NCBI GenBank assembly: GCA_951406725.2
Contig: OX597832.1
Coordinates: 35,402,001-35,466,000, forward strand
Direction: 5' to 3'
DNA: 64,000 nt
Source: Octopus vulgaris
Taxonomy: Eukaryota
Shown: in pieces, positions 26,205-39,786 of the stretch
Layout of the letters: each line of letters begins with the position of its first letter
Numbering within the stretch: position 1 is the stretch's first letter
Position numbers and translations under genes: made by a program
Notes under the pieces: model-generated
Told to the model about the DNA's origin: nothing
Databases searched by the model: none
Seen by the model: only the letters and a program-made list of their open reading frames with translations

Positions 26205-26350
26205 ACTGACCCCAATGTTTAACTGGTACTTATTTTATCGATCCCGAGATGATAAAAGGCAAAGTCGACCTCGGTGGAATTTGAATTAAAAAAAACGTAA
26301 ATACAGATGATATGCTGCTGGCCTGCTAACAGTTCTGCCTGCTCGCCGAC
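26205..26350 (-). mobile_element. Meta-domain-like SINE
   Basis: AACTGGTACTTATTTTATCGATCCC...AAAGGCAAAGTCGACCTCGGTGGAATTTGAA. Confidence 0.75.
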
Positions 26351-26399
26351 CCACAAACTAGAAATATTAAGGAGAATATCATAATATATACAACCAAAT

Positions 26400-27780
26400 C
26401 AGTATATTACTAACACAGGAATCATCCAGTTTACGGAAGTATTGTGATTCTGAAATTTTGGTCGTAACGTGAAATCCCGTAATGCGAAATTAAATTTCTT
26501 ATTTATTTTCATGTCATCAAGTGGAATTGCGATCCTATGGACAGTTGAAGTAGTGTAGTTGGAATTTCGTTGTTTCATCCCAGCTTCTTTTTCTAACAGC
26601 ATCAGCTCCTCGTGAGATAAACTTTCTCTCTGGGACACGAGCAACTCAATCACAGCATCCTTTTTGACTTCTTCAAATCCTGCATCCTTTACATGTGTCG
26701 CAATATCTTTCCAAATTTGAAGTAGACTTTCTGTTTGAGGAAATCTTGTAATGTTACTGATACGGTCAGTTCATATATTTGTCCAAGTACTATTCAGACC
26801 TGAAGGTTTCACTTTATCCCATGACTCAGCTATATAATCCCCAATATCCACTGTGTTGAATTTCTTCCAGAAATCTCTAACTGCAGGTTTACCCTTCCAA
26901 TTGCTTTCATGCGTTATTAGAAAGTTCTCATATAATATGTCTTGAAGTTAGCTATCCCCCATTGATCCATTGGCTGAAGCAAAAAATTTGTATTCTTGGG
27001 GAAATATACGTCATCAGAAATGTCTTTTGACTCCGCTGGGTGACTCGGTGCATTGTCTTAAAGAAGCAATTCTGTGTAGGAAATATGTCTGAAATTATCT
27101 TTCTACAACAGGACAAAAAAAAACCGCCTGTAAACCAGTCTTTGAAAAGGCTTAGTCATCACTCTTTGAAAAGGCTTAGTCATCACTCTTAGTCCTCCAA
27201 ACCTTCATATTCGAACGCCAATAGACGTTGTGTAACTCTTGAAGCTCTTGGATTTTCAGAGTGATACTCGAATAGGGGCTTAAATTTCATATTTCCAGCA
27301 GCATTTTCTTCGAAAAGAAGTGTCACATAACTTTTGGAAGCTTTAAATCATTTTCGAGAAATAAAGCAGTTATTCGCTTCCAAAAAAGTGCAGTTTCATC
27401 CGCATCGTGTTTATTTGCTCTGACACCCCTTCAGGAATAATTTTCTTCGGCTGATCAGAACAATTAGTTGCAGCTTGTGTGTCAGCGCTTGCAGTTTCAC
27501 GAGTCATTTTTATGTTGGGCAAATTTATGCAAACCAGCCCTTATTTGCCCCAAAGGGTTTTTTCGTTATAAGTTTCACATTCCTTTTTCTGTAAATCGTC
27601 ATATAAACTTCTGGCTTTAAAAAAGAATTTTAAAAGATACCATTTTGTTTATCGACACATTACGCCGATTCTTATCCTCGATTCACATATTCAAGAGTTG
27701 CTCCTTTTTAAACATTATATTACAAGGGTCAGGTTAGTTAAAATGAGGTCCCGACAATTAACGGAGTCGCTTCTTGAGCA
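26400..27780 (-). mobile_element. Tigger/pogo (DDE_1) transposase relic
   Basis: Decayed NPRA, YWRSNMKVW, DNAPSHP, LLQPMDQ..IANFKTYY; many stops; 24-bp tandem duplication at ~27140-27188. Confidence 0.8.
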
Positions 27781-28227
27781 CTTCTCTCTCTTGTCATGCA
27801 TATTCCTCTTAATGCTGATGGCATTCTGTCACATGTGGGATATGTGCTAGTCACATGTGGGACATGTGCGAGTGCATAATTTTCTACTAAGATAACGAGT
27901 GTTTCGCCTCTAAGCTTCTGTTGAAGCTGCTTAGTCAATTATCCTTGGTTCACATGGAACAGTTGTATACTCTGAGCATCTTCTCATGAATATTTCGACT
28001 CATCTCATATTATTTTCGCTGCTGAGTACAAACGCATTTCTCTTCGTATGTGTGTGTGTGTGTGTGTGTGCGCGCGTGCGCCTATGTATGTGTGTGCGCG
28101 CGTATGTATGTGTGTGTATTATGTGCATGTATGTATGTATGCATGTATGTATGTATGTTTACACCAGATTCTACCCTAAAAAATCTGTTTGAGACAATCA
28201 TACATAAACGTATTCATATATATATAT

Positions 28228-28261
<34 letters not shown>

Positions 28262-28729
28262 TTACAAGTTAATAATGCCTTTAAACACCGTCATTGGGGA
28301 GCTTTCTGTTTTCTTTCAGCGAGACAAAAGAAAATGATTAATCAGAAATTCAAGCCATTATTTGCTCAAGCTTTGTATTATTTATTTGTATAATTCATTC
28401 GCTTCCTAATGATGCGAAAGTTGAGGGAAACCGTATAGGTCAGTGCTTACCTACACCAACTTGTCCAAGTCATACTCTGTTAAATAGATCGCAACCATGT
28501 TTCTCCCCCAACCCCGTGACACCCACCCACGCTTCTCTATACAATGCACACGTACACATTGTTTTCCCGCTCTTACGGGTGAAAGAGAAATGAGTCTCCC
28601 CAGCCTAACTATTCTCCCTTGAAGAAGTTCATGTAGTAGACAAACATGATGTAATAACTCCATCAATTATTCACCAACACAAAACAGTCCTTCAATTTGA
28701 CTGATGGACTGATGTGAGGTAGAGAACGC

Positions 28730-28804
<75 letters not shown>

Positions 28805-29884
28805 TTCCTTCCTCTTCTCGCTCGTCTGCTACATGCTAGGTCTTGTAAGCCAACCACCACCATAATGTCGTACTGTACAATACCAGTCTATCAACATTAT
28901 TGTGTTGATGTCGGAATTAACACAAAATAAAAGAATGATGTTTGAATTATAAATGGTAACTGGTCCAACAAGCGAGAGTGTCATTGTCGATAAATATGTT
29001 CGACCTGTTACTCGCTCGGATTTCTGATTGGAAAGTTCCCTAACCACATTAATATTCATCACCCATTAGAAACACTGAAAATGTCTTTTTTTTTATGTCA
29101 GTCTTTTTAAACAAGCAAACCTATTTTTACTCCATGAAATCAATTCATTAAAATTTGATTTAGGGCTTTCGTATAGCAGTATTTACGTTATTGATATAAT
29201 GCAGTCAATAATCTGTGAAAACCTCGACCATTTCCCCTACCCTCACTATTAATCATCAATAGTCAACACGTATTTATTTATATATTCAACGTGATGAAAA
29301 GGGAAGCTTTGTTAAAGCAGAAGCAATAGAGAGGTTTCGACTCTAGGATGAAGAGAATTCATTTAGATGCCAATGTTAATGTTTTAGCACATATTTGATG
29401 CAGTTACTAAGATGAGAAATAAATCTGACCCCTCGACAAGACACCAATTTACGGGAGATAACCAGAAGATCTTGACCCCTCGACAGGCGGGAGAAGCAAA
29501 GTCTATAGAATTATGTGTACAATATGTAGATAACCCAAATAGAAAATCCGAAATGTCTGCAGTGGATCTGATCTAAAGATTAATGAATTAGTGGTTCATT
29601 ATTTCATTTTCCCTCGACTTAAATATTTAATAGGTTAAAAGTTATATCTTCAAAATAAAGAATAAGAAAAAAATCTTAATTAACAATTATAAAACGATGA
29701 ACGCGATTCAATGTTTTAGATATATTTTTCTTTTGAGAAAAAGTTTTGGTTTATCTGACCCCTGGTTTTTCTGGTTTTTCTAGTTTTTCTGGTGTTTCTA
29801 GTTTTTGCTTCTGTTTTGATCTTTCAATGAGAATCTTAATGAAAAAAAGGGGAAAAATGTGAATAGTAATCCCCCAAAGTAGTT

Positions 29885-30090
29885 CCAAATTTTGGAACAG
29901 GGGCAGCAATTTTAGAAGATGGGCTGAGTTAATTCGATCGACTGCAGTGCTCCACTGGTACTTATCTTATTGACCCCAAATGGCAAACTCAGTCCTGCGG
30001 AATTCGAATTCAGAACGTAAAGACGGACCAGATTCCGCTAGACATTTCGCTCGGCCCTTTTTAGCGATCTCTGCCAGGACGATGCTGCCT
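29885..30090 (-). mobile_element. Meta-domain-like SINE
   Basis: Same family blocks as 4373-4520, with head CTGGCAGAGATCGCTA on the minus strand. Confidence 0.7.
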
Positions 30091-30409
30091 TTGTAATCCT
30101 CAATATTACTAAACTCTATATCAATGTTAACATCAATATGAAATTGAAAAAAAAAATCCGTGTCAATTCTCGAACGGTTATAAACCTTTAGTCACATATT
30201 CTTCGTAGGTAATTCACGATATTTTGGTAGGCTTCGTGTGAAGACAAGAATGACTGCACTAATACGTTGTGGCATAATTTTAGGATGGGTCTCGATGTAA
30301 ACCATCGTTATTTAATATAGTTATCGAAGTAATTCACAATATTTAAATTTTGATATTGTTTCTTGTCGGTATGCTACAATGAATGTAGTTTGTAATTACA
30401 TTACTAACA

Positions 30410-32446
30410 GAAGAGGTTAGCTTCGCCGGTGAGGCGGGTTTTGTGCTCTGAGGTGGTTTTAGCGTCTACTTCACTAAAGCCCAGCAAGTAAAAGTGGCAC
30501 TTTGAAGCGAAACATCTTAGTTCAATAAGTAGAGATGTCGACTTCTTCAGACGGCGAAATCCAGACTTGATGACTCAGAAATGCTTTCGCTGGATATTAC
30601 GGCTAGCATTCTACGAGGTTTCAAGGAAAATAGCTGTTGCCAAAAAGCTCCACGATATCGGCGAAGAGTTGATATTACCTTGCTGCAAAGATATCATATC
30701 GAATGTGTTGGGAAGTTCTGAACTTCTGAAGCTGAAGCATGTCTCTCTCTCAAACGATACTGTAAGCAGGCGAATGCCATTAGCCTTCTAATAACATTCT
30801 GTCGCAGCTGGTCTCGAAGATTCACAATTCGCTTTTTAACTTTTTCGCAATCCAGCTTGATGAAACGACGGATGTTGCCAACGTGACCCACCTTTGCGTC
30901 TGTCTACGTTATGTATTTAACAATCACCTGGAAGACGAATTCCTGTTTTGCGAAACCCTCAACACCAAAACAATCGCAAGGGAAATATTTAACAAAGTGG
31001 ACAAATCTTTTGAGGTTCATGATATCAACTGGGAGTATGTCATTTGCGTGTGCACCGACGGCGCTCCGGCGATGGTTGGTTGCTGTTCCGGTTTTCAAAC
31101 TTTGGTGAAACAAAAATCCCCAGGTGCTATTGGTACACACTGCACAATTCATCAACAAGCACTAATTGTGAAAACAATGCCTGATGAGTTAAAAAATGTT
31201 CTGAATTACGTGATTACCGCGGTGAACTTCATCAAAGCGAACACACTCGACTCCCGTCTGTTTGCCGAGTCGTGCAAAGAAAGTGATTGTGAATTCAAAA
31301 CGCTTCTGTTGCATTCACAAGTGAGATGGCTTTTGAGAGGAAAAACAATGAAGAGGGTCTTCCTTCTGCGAAGAGAAACCCACAGTTTCTTACCAGATGC
31401 AAAACCAGATTTGCACACCAAATTCTCCGATGTTCATTTTTCGATATGCCTGGCATTTTTAGTGGCCATACTGGAGTCAGTGAATACCGTCAATCTTTCA
31501 CTGCAAGGGAAAGATATAACCATGCTTCATTCTCATGAAAAACTAACTGCTCTCAAAATTAAGCTTAAACTTTGGCACTCAAAGTTGGATAGAATGAACT
31601 TTGCATCGTATTCTCAACTAAACATAGTCATTGATGAAAACGAGCTTCGAGTCGATGACAATATCGTTGAATGCATAAAACAATACGTATCAATATTTGG
31701 CGGAGAAATATCTTTTTATTTTCCTGATCTTCGTGACTTTGACAAATACTGCCGCTTTAACAGGACCCCTTTGTACTCTGCCAGCTACCAGCCGACAGAA
31801 GACAATTTCATTCAAAAGCTGTTAATGATTTGGTCAATGATGAAGATGTAAAATAGATTTACCGTGAAATGTGCTGTTCTGACTTTTGGATTGAAATGGT
31901 ACGGTCATATCCTGATGTCGCAAAGATGGCTCTTAGAGTACTGATGCCATTTCCAACCATTTATGGTTGGAAATCGAATTGGTGTCACACCAGAAATGAG
32001 GGTTGCTCTCTCCAAAACAGAGCCGAACATAAAAGAGTTGGTTACTGCAAAGCAGGTACATCCATTACCCGGAACTTTGTTGTAAATAAAATAACAGATT
32101 GGCCGTATTTGTAAATAAATAATTTCTTACATAATTTTGTTGTTGATGTTATGCATCAGTGATTCAGGAGAAGGGAAGGCAAACTTTCAGGGGAGGGGGA
32201 GAAGACGGTGTTTCTACTAGAATTGTCGTTTTCCGTGCATTATAATAGTATTCTAAAATGTAGAGAACTTTCTGCCACTTGGACCACTTACTAGGAAGCT
32301 ATTATTGTTCTTCGGCTGAAAATAGCTAAATTGGTTGAAATGCGCCTCTTGGATAATGAATATGAGGAATGATCAGCCAATGGGGAGGAATAGCATTCCA
32401 AAACATGGCAAAAGGGGAAGGTGATGCCAAACCTCGAGAACCCCTG
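30410..32446 (+). mobile_element. hAT Charlie/Buster (ZBED5/ZBED8-like) transposon relic
   Basis: BED-finger remnant SLKPSK*KWHFEAKH, LSNDTVSRR, QLDETTDVAN, CTDGAPAM, THCTIHQQAL, HSQVRW; 322-aa open stretch 30883-31851; right TIR GAGAACCCCTG ending 32446. Confidence 0.9.
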
Positions 32447-32769
32447 TTATGTACGTATATGTACCATAGTTTTCGGTGCATGAGCCGCAGTTTCTGTCTG
32501 TTAAATGGACATAATTGGGTCTTACACAGTTGTTAAATACAGGATGCTCGGGATATTTTCGGATTCTTTTCGTTTCTCATTTGTTATTTAACCAATTGAT
32601 CAATTGATTCCCCATACTTTCGTGTGCGTTTATTGTATCCCAGTGGGGTGTTGCGTAGATTAGGTTTTGACTTTTGGGGTTGTAGGTCTATGAGCAGTGC
32701 GGTTCATAGTTCGGAAAATACGATATACGAATGCATGCCATCTTTTTTTCGAAGTTAACTATCTTGTAT

Positions 32770-32854
32770 GTTATAGGGGACCGCGAATCATCGAAAAAAA
32801 AAAACTGTAAGGGAACTGGCATGTAAATTTTTTTGAAAAATTAGAGTACCACTG
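32770..32854. mobile_element. Right end of a Charlie-type MITE
   Basis: GAGTACCACTG followed by GTCTAGAC target consensus; left end not located. Confidence 0.45.
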
Positions 32855-33552
32855 GTCTAGACAGGTGAGTGACTCTGGTTTAAGGTTGAAGTTTGTTATA
32901 TCAACTATAAGTCAGCCAACGCTTACAGCACCAGTCTATGGCATTAGCTGTCTCTTTCTTCTTGTGGCAACTACATCTGTTGAAAACTAACATTTTTCAT
33001 GTTTGGTATCAATTAAAAATGCCATGACACTCCAGATTAAATAACTTTATGAGCGGTGGCTGACTTCTTTATGAGAAATAGGAGTGAGACGTGGTAAATG
33101 AAAATGATTTCCTGAAAGAAGAAAATAGTAGTTAAAGTCTTTATACATACACACACGGCGATATATTCATCGGAAAATATTAACCTATATTTATCACCTG
33201 AAACTGTATTTCTTATATTAACGACGGCATCTGGTTAACTCTAGTAATCTAAGCGGGACTATTGTCATGACAAGTAGCTGTTGTCGGCATTAATGTCATT
33301 GTATTACGTCGTAACGGTATCAGATTAATTTCAATGTCATAGTGGTACGAATATTGTAGCATCTCTCTTGTTATAGCGATGAGATCTGATTGGCTTTCTT
33401 GTTATTGTGACATTAGTGTTAGAACTGTTAATGACGAGCTGAAGACGTTAACATCGCACAATAGAATTGTAGCTAAACTGAAGCTAAATAAGCATCTTTA
33501 AGAATAAGGTAATATTCAGCTCTATTGAACACAAACCTATTTTATTGTATTA

Positions 33553-36500
33553 TGCCGCCAATGAGAGGAAGCAAAATTGATTTTACTGAAACAGGAAGTA
33601 ATTTTAAATAATTTCCATTACGTCACCATCGGTGTGGGTCATGCAAAACGCATGCAACCACTTCTGCTGTGAAACGTCGATACTGCATCTCCTAAACATA
33701 TAGTTTACGATGAAACTCCCCTGTTCACCCTTTTACTTTATGTAAAATTACCAAGAACTGGACATAACATTAACTTCATTTGGTGACGGTATTTTTCAAC
33801 AATCGATCGTTGCAAGTCCGTCTTCTGATCACGTGAACTTGGTCTTGCTTCAGGTTTCAGATTTCTTCCTCGTCCTCAGATGGTTTTTTTTTTTCTTATT
33901 TGATCATTGCGCACTAGGTCTGTTCTCTCGTTTTGTTTGCACCATTGACGAATTTCTTCCATTCTGTTTTAGATATCGAGCTTTGTCAGGTATTATCCCG
34001 AGTTTAGAAACAAACCACAGAGGAGCATCAATAGCAACCTCATAAAAGATGTTCTCATCTGGTTCATCATCAACGCTGCAGGCGTTCGCTTCCTTCCAGT
34101 ATGGAAGTCCATCAGTAATTTAGTAGATGTCTTGATAAATAGCCATTATAGCAGTGGTTCTTAACCGGGGTCCATATGGCCCTTGTTGATCCATGTAAGA
34201 TTTTGTTGTTAAATTTTAGGTGCAATAAATTGGTTATATTTCTACAATATATAAAATATTTTTAAAACATCGAATGGCTACTGAGGTCCACGCGAGTAAA
34301 ATAGGAATCAAAAGGGGTCCATGCGCAAAAAATGGTTGAGAAATATTGCACTAAAGGATCCTAAATGTTTAGAAAAAGTTTTAATTCTCATTTTAACAGT
34401 CTGTATCACTCGACCATTAAATACCGAATTGTAGAGTGCCATTTTAAAAGATTTATATCTTGTCTTAAGTCACTCTTATAATGTCTTATCACAGAACATT
34501 GTTGTATTACCAGAAACCAATATATGTGGAACTTCCTTCCTAGCAAACATGATTGTCAAAACATTGGTCACTGTTTTAGCAGACATCTTATTAAACTTGA
34601 ATGACTCCTGGTCAACTAGAAAATGCATCAACATAACCATGATTGTAGACGTTAACCATTGCTTTTCTTCATCTGCCCAAATATGCTGAATAACTTTTAG
34701 TATGGGTTTAATCTGGTAGGGCAGTTTAGAATATAATTTTCGACATAATTACGACAACCAGGTCACCATGCATCTAGTTACAGACTATTTCTATTAGCTG
34801 TAACTTCATAATAGATGTTATCATATACAGCTTTTATTAAAATTTCTCAGAACACGGCAGAAACAACAACAACGATCTCATTGCAAACAATTTCATTATC
34901 AACAATGAACCATTTGTCTAAATACTTTCTAGGAATTTTCACTTTCTGAACAAATTATCCGTTTTGATTCGATTAACAATTTTAGAGAAAAATTCATCAT
35001 TCACTGTTTTAGCCTGTAATTTATCTATTGTCAGTGAAACTACTTCCATCCAATAAATAAATGAAACTTTTATTGCGATTTCGCCAGACTTTATTGGTTC
35101 ATCGCATTTAATTTAAGATAGAGTATCAAAATAGGGAATTGTTTTGCTTTAAATCTATAAAATTTCATACTTAATAGCAACTCACTGGGTTGACCGTTGC
35201 CATATTCTAGCAGATGTTACTCTTGGCAGTTCTTTTCTGGAATTGAATTTTAACTCTAATGGCTTACGATCAGTTCCTCCTGATTCAACTCTTTCCATTA
35301 AGTTATTTCTTAGCATTTTCTATAATTTTACTACAGCAAGGATATAAATATGTTTTGGAAGTTATTTTAAAACTTTATTTCAACTCTATAACCAAATCAG
35401 TACCCGTTATAGTCATATTATGTATGATGACTAAGTGACGTACTGTTACGTCTCGACACATTCATTTAAATAAAGCTGTTTTTTGTTTTATATCAGAGTC
35501 AATTACAGAAACTAAATATTTTCTACTTTCCGTTTTCCTTATGGTTTCAGACTTTCCCAACAACTTAATAACCAAATTGCCAATCTGTTTGAGCCTGGTA
35601 TTGCAAGATTCCTGATTAAAAGACCTTACTTTCGTCTAGATGTTCCTTGAGATAATCTTGAAATCGCTTATAGTGTCTACATGCATCTTTGCTTCAACAT
35701 TGTTGAGCTGGTGTCAGTGAGTTGAATTCCTTCCTAGAAAACTACCAGAGAATTTGCAAAAGGTTCATTTTCTTACGGATACCTTCCCAAATGTAGGATA
35801 TCTTCCCAAATGTAGGACAATTTCCCATAATATGGATATAATCCCAGACTTATATTCGAATTTTTTTTAGACATATCTTATCGACAATGAAACGTAACTT
35901 TTTAGCTTCCGATCATTTTTAATTGAGGATCCAAAATAATATTAATCATTTCAAACTACTGAATACGGCTACAATAATCGGGCATTAACATTTCCTGAAA
36001 CAGCATCTGTTTTGATATTTTAGAGATGTGCTAATTTTAATAGTTCATCAATTGTATTTGTATCAGGTTATCTTCAGCAAATTGTTCTTCTGTTTTCAAC
36101 TGATCAGTCTTCCATAATATCGGTGTATTGGTCCTGGTGACATCTGCTTTAGAGCCAGAAAGTGTTTCCTTTCAACAAATATTAGTTTCTTCAGTCTTAC
36201 TGAAGACATTATAATCTCTTTTACATCTACAGTGTTCATCTCATCCAACACTTTCGGGTACTCTATCACAAAAACTCTTTTAATGTTCTCAATTTCTACT
36301 TTGATGACGAAGATATCGGTTATTTCTTTTCTGTCCGCAGAGTCCTCACTATTGGTGAAGGTATCTTAATCAGGTTTCAGTCAAATCAAGATCAGACAGA
36401 ACTAATTCTTCAAATTCTGTCTTCAGCACCATTATTATGTTGTCAATGAGAGGAAGCAAACTTGACTTTATTGAAACGGCAGCCATGCTGAATAGTCTTT

Positions 36501-36582
36501 GTCACGTAAACAGTCGGGTTGTGTCACGCAACATCATGCAAAAACCTATGCAACACAACTGTTATAAAACAATGATTCTACA
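33553..36582 (-). mobile_element. Highly degenerate Gypsy LTR retrotransposon with short LTRs
   Basis: Diverged TG..CA direct repeats 33553-33687 and 36438-36582 sharing CAATGAGAGGAAGCAAA.TTGA.TTTA.TGAAAC; PBS-like TGGTGCTGAAG; RNase H remnant TDRKPLELKFNSRKELPRVTSARI; integrase remnant VDAFSS*PGVI...MFARKEVPHILVSGN. Confidence 0.75.
34152..34348. mobile_element. hAT-Charlie-type MITE nested in the Gypsy relic
   Basis: TIRs CAGTGGTTCTTAACC / GGTTGAGAAATATTG; 8-bp TSD CATTATAG / CACTAAAG (6 of 8 match). Confidence 0.75.
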
Positions 36583-37522
36583 CATCGATTGTTTTTTTTT
36601 TTCAATCAATGAATGGCAACGTGAAGCGACAGAGATTCTGCTCCATTCAACTTTCCGATTTCTTTTCATTCGCACCGATGCTTTATTCTTCCGCTTCTGT
36701 TGACAAGAAACATTTACCCCTCCCGATTATCTGATAATCACAGCATAGGATTTGTTCATTTGTTGATTTTGTTTTGAAGGGTAAAGCAATGTTTTGGTTA
36801 ACTAACAAGACTAAATTATTGCATAATATCACGTAAACTTAACCGTGCCTAATTACAAATCCTTTTTTCATTCGTTTGATCTTGATTTGAGAACCATACC
36901 ATTATGGTAACCATAGAACTAATTTATTTCAATGTCGAACCCATTCCCCTGGTTGTTCGAGATACTCCTAATCGCTCAGTCGATTATATATTTGCTTTAG
37001 GTCTGCTCTATCAAGGTTGTATTAGGAATGTACAACAACATCTCTTGTGCTATCGTTGAGATAGTTTGCATGGAATCATTCGCTTCTTTGTGGACCTAAA
37101 GCAGATGTAGCTTTCAAAACTGATAAAAATCCATGGTCTATGGAAAATTTCAAATCTAGCTCATCATCTATACCAGGTATGATTTTAAAAGGAAATAATC
37201 TTCAAATTGAACGTTTTCTAAAGATAGGTGTAGTTAATAGATAATTAATTACATACCAGCCTGGGGTCAACTCCAATATCGATGAGAAAAGCACAGTTGT
37301 CCATTACGTAAAGTTTAAAACAGCTGCATATAGCTCAAGAGATGGTCGAGAGATAAGAAATTGTGCTTTACGAGAGATTACAACATCTAACTGATAACAA
37401 ATAATGAGAGGAAGTAGTTGCCTTATACAAGATTTTATGTGATAAAGAAAAAAAGCTTTATGGTTGATGATTAAAATAATCATTAACAACAACAAAAACT
37501 ACTACTACTACTACTGCTGCTG

Positions 37523-37571
<49 letters not shown>

Positions 37572-37659
37572 ACATACGTGTTACTACACATGCGTGCTCG
37601 CACACACTTGCACTGGCTGAAGTTCATATTTTTATTGTTAATTAATTAATTAACAATAA

Positions 37660-38930
37660 AGAAGTGAAGTGAACTACTATCCAAAATTTACGTACAGAAG
37701 TGATTGTTATTTCACTTGTAACATAGTATTACAATTGTATGTTTTAAAGATGTTGTTTATAGTTATAGTGGATCCCTTCACCTTTCTGTTGAGGTAATCT
37801 AAAGTGTAGAAGAAAACAGATATCCCAAATAATGTCATAATTACTTTACATACGTCTTTTAAGTGAAGGCTAAAATTATGTAAAAAGCCTTGGTCTGGTT
37901 TACATTCTCAAATATTATAGGAAGAGTGTTTGGTATGTTAAATATTCCTACATGATTATAAAACGAGGGAGAACTACTATCCTGTCTATCACTGGCCTGA
38001 CAGTTTTTCTAGTGTCTTATGAAAACATTTGTAAGAAGGAACATATAAAGAAGAATATTACACCAAAATAAAAAAAAAAAACGTGTTCCTTAGAATTCGT
38101 TATTTACAATAAATCATTGACATGAATTGCGTTTTCTGTGCGAGCATCTCGAATGGATACTAGATGAGATTTAGGCCATTGAAAGCTATTAAACGCCACC
38201 AGAAGACATTTCCACATTACCCGTGATATAGACAGACTCTACCTAAAGGAATACGAGGAGACAGAGACTAAATCTCAATTCAAATCACTTTTTGATGAAT
38301 TAGCATATCTCTTTGAAAACGTCTTCTAACTACCAAGTGCTGAAGCACATCCATGAACCAAGTGTGCTTACATGAAACAAGCAACATCATGAGAGTTGAT
38401 AAAGAGCTTCTCAGGAAGTATTCTCAGACTGATGATTAAGAGTACACATCCAAAGAAATTGCACAGTTTTGCCTTAAGAGAACATCAGATAAGATTCTTT
38501 TACCCATCAACAGAAGGCCGTGTTCTTAGAAGACTTCAAAGTGACAATACCATAGATAACCAAGGAAAGGTATACTATCCCTCATTGTGAAGAGTATGCT
38601 TTATTCAATCCAGGAACAGGACATTATCGAATACTCGATGCCCAAATGGGATAGCCATGTAAGTATAATAACAAGATGCGGTAACTAATGCAGACACTGT
38701 GAAATGAACACCAACGATGTCACCCACAAAGCAGCACAATGCAATCGGAATAGAGAGTCGTACAAGAGTTCCTTATAGCGTGAGCAATTTACGTGTAGTA
38801 ATGCTCTTAATATAATAAATGTATTTAAAAGGGAATAAATTAACTATATATTTTGTATAAATTTTTCGCTTAACTGGTTTTTCACGCTGACTACTTGATA
38901 AATTCTTATATAGATTTTATCCTTATAGTT
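37660..38930 (+). mobile_element. Possible very decayed Penelope-like element
   Basis: Only faint RT-like peptide traces; terminus abuts a (TA)n palindrome; next to fold-back relics. Confidence 0.3.
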
Positions 38931-38973
38931 AATTATATATATATATATATATATAATTAACTATAAGGATAAA

Positions 38974-38979
<6 letters not shown>
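38910..38979. repeat. Perfect 70-bp palindrome centred on (AT)n
   Basis: ATAGATTTTATCCTTATAGTTAATT-(AT)n-AATTAACTATAAGGATAAAATCTAT. Confidence 0.95.
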
Positions 38980-39059
<80 letters not shown>

Positions 39060-39085
39060 ATATATATATGTATGTATATATAGAA

Positions 39086-39786
39086 AGATAAATTAAATAT
39101 AGAGATATGCTATTGACAATCCAATAATTAATACTATTAAATGCTATGAATATAATATAACATGACATAATAATATATAACATAAATAATTATAAAAACC
39201 ATAAAAGGCCAACAAACCGTTTCGACTTTATATATTTTTCTGATATACATAATCACAGTTCCATTATATATAAAGTTACTTCAGGTTCATGGTTTAGAAA
39301 AAGATGAAGTTCCGTGTGAAAGGACGGCTGGATAGTAAAAATTAATTCAAATGTCTGTGTATGATTAGCGTGAGCGTTAACTATTTAATCACACATCAAT
39401 TACAATTAAAAAAACCCTAACAAAAACACCTTGACAGACGATACAGTCAAGTAGGTGCAATCCACAACCATCGAAATTCACACACAGCATCTCAAACACA
39501 CACCAATTGATGTATAATTGAATAGTTAACGCTCAAAAGACATAGACATTTGAATTAATTTTTACAATCCAGCCATCCTTTCACACGGAATTTCGTCTTT
39601 TTCTAAAGCATGGCCCTAAAGTGACTGTGATTATATATATAAGTCGAAACAATTTGTTGGCCTTTCATGCTTTATGTTATTTAGTATTATGTTATGTTAT
39701 ATTATATTTATACTATTTAATGTAATATTGTAATATAAATAAATCATTGGATTGTCAATAGTATCTCTCTATATTTAATTTACCTT
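39086..39786. repeat. Large imperfect inverted repeat, ~300-bp arms and ~100-bp spacer
   Basis: 39086-39400 is the diverged reverse complement of 39505-39786, e.g. TTCCGTGTGAAAGGA.GGCTGGAT.GTAAAAATTAATTCAAATGTCT. Confidence 0.9.

Noticed and set aside
33228-33500. Minus-strand peptide traces with a hydrophobic stretch and RSHRYNKRDA, suggesting an env-like or secreted precursor
   Set aside because: Needs a frameshift, has many stops and lies outside the Gypsy LTRs; no homology recognisable by eye
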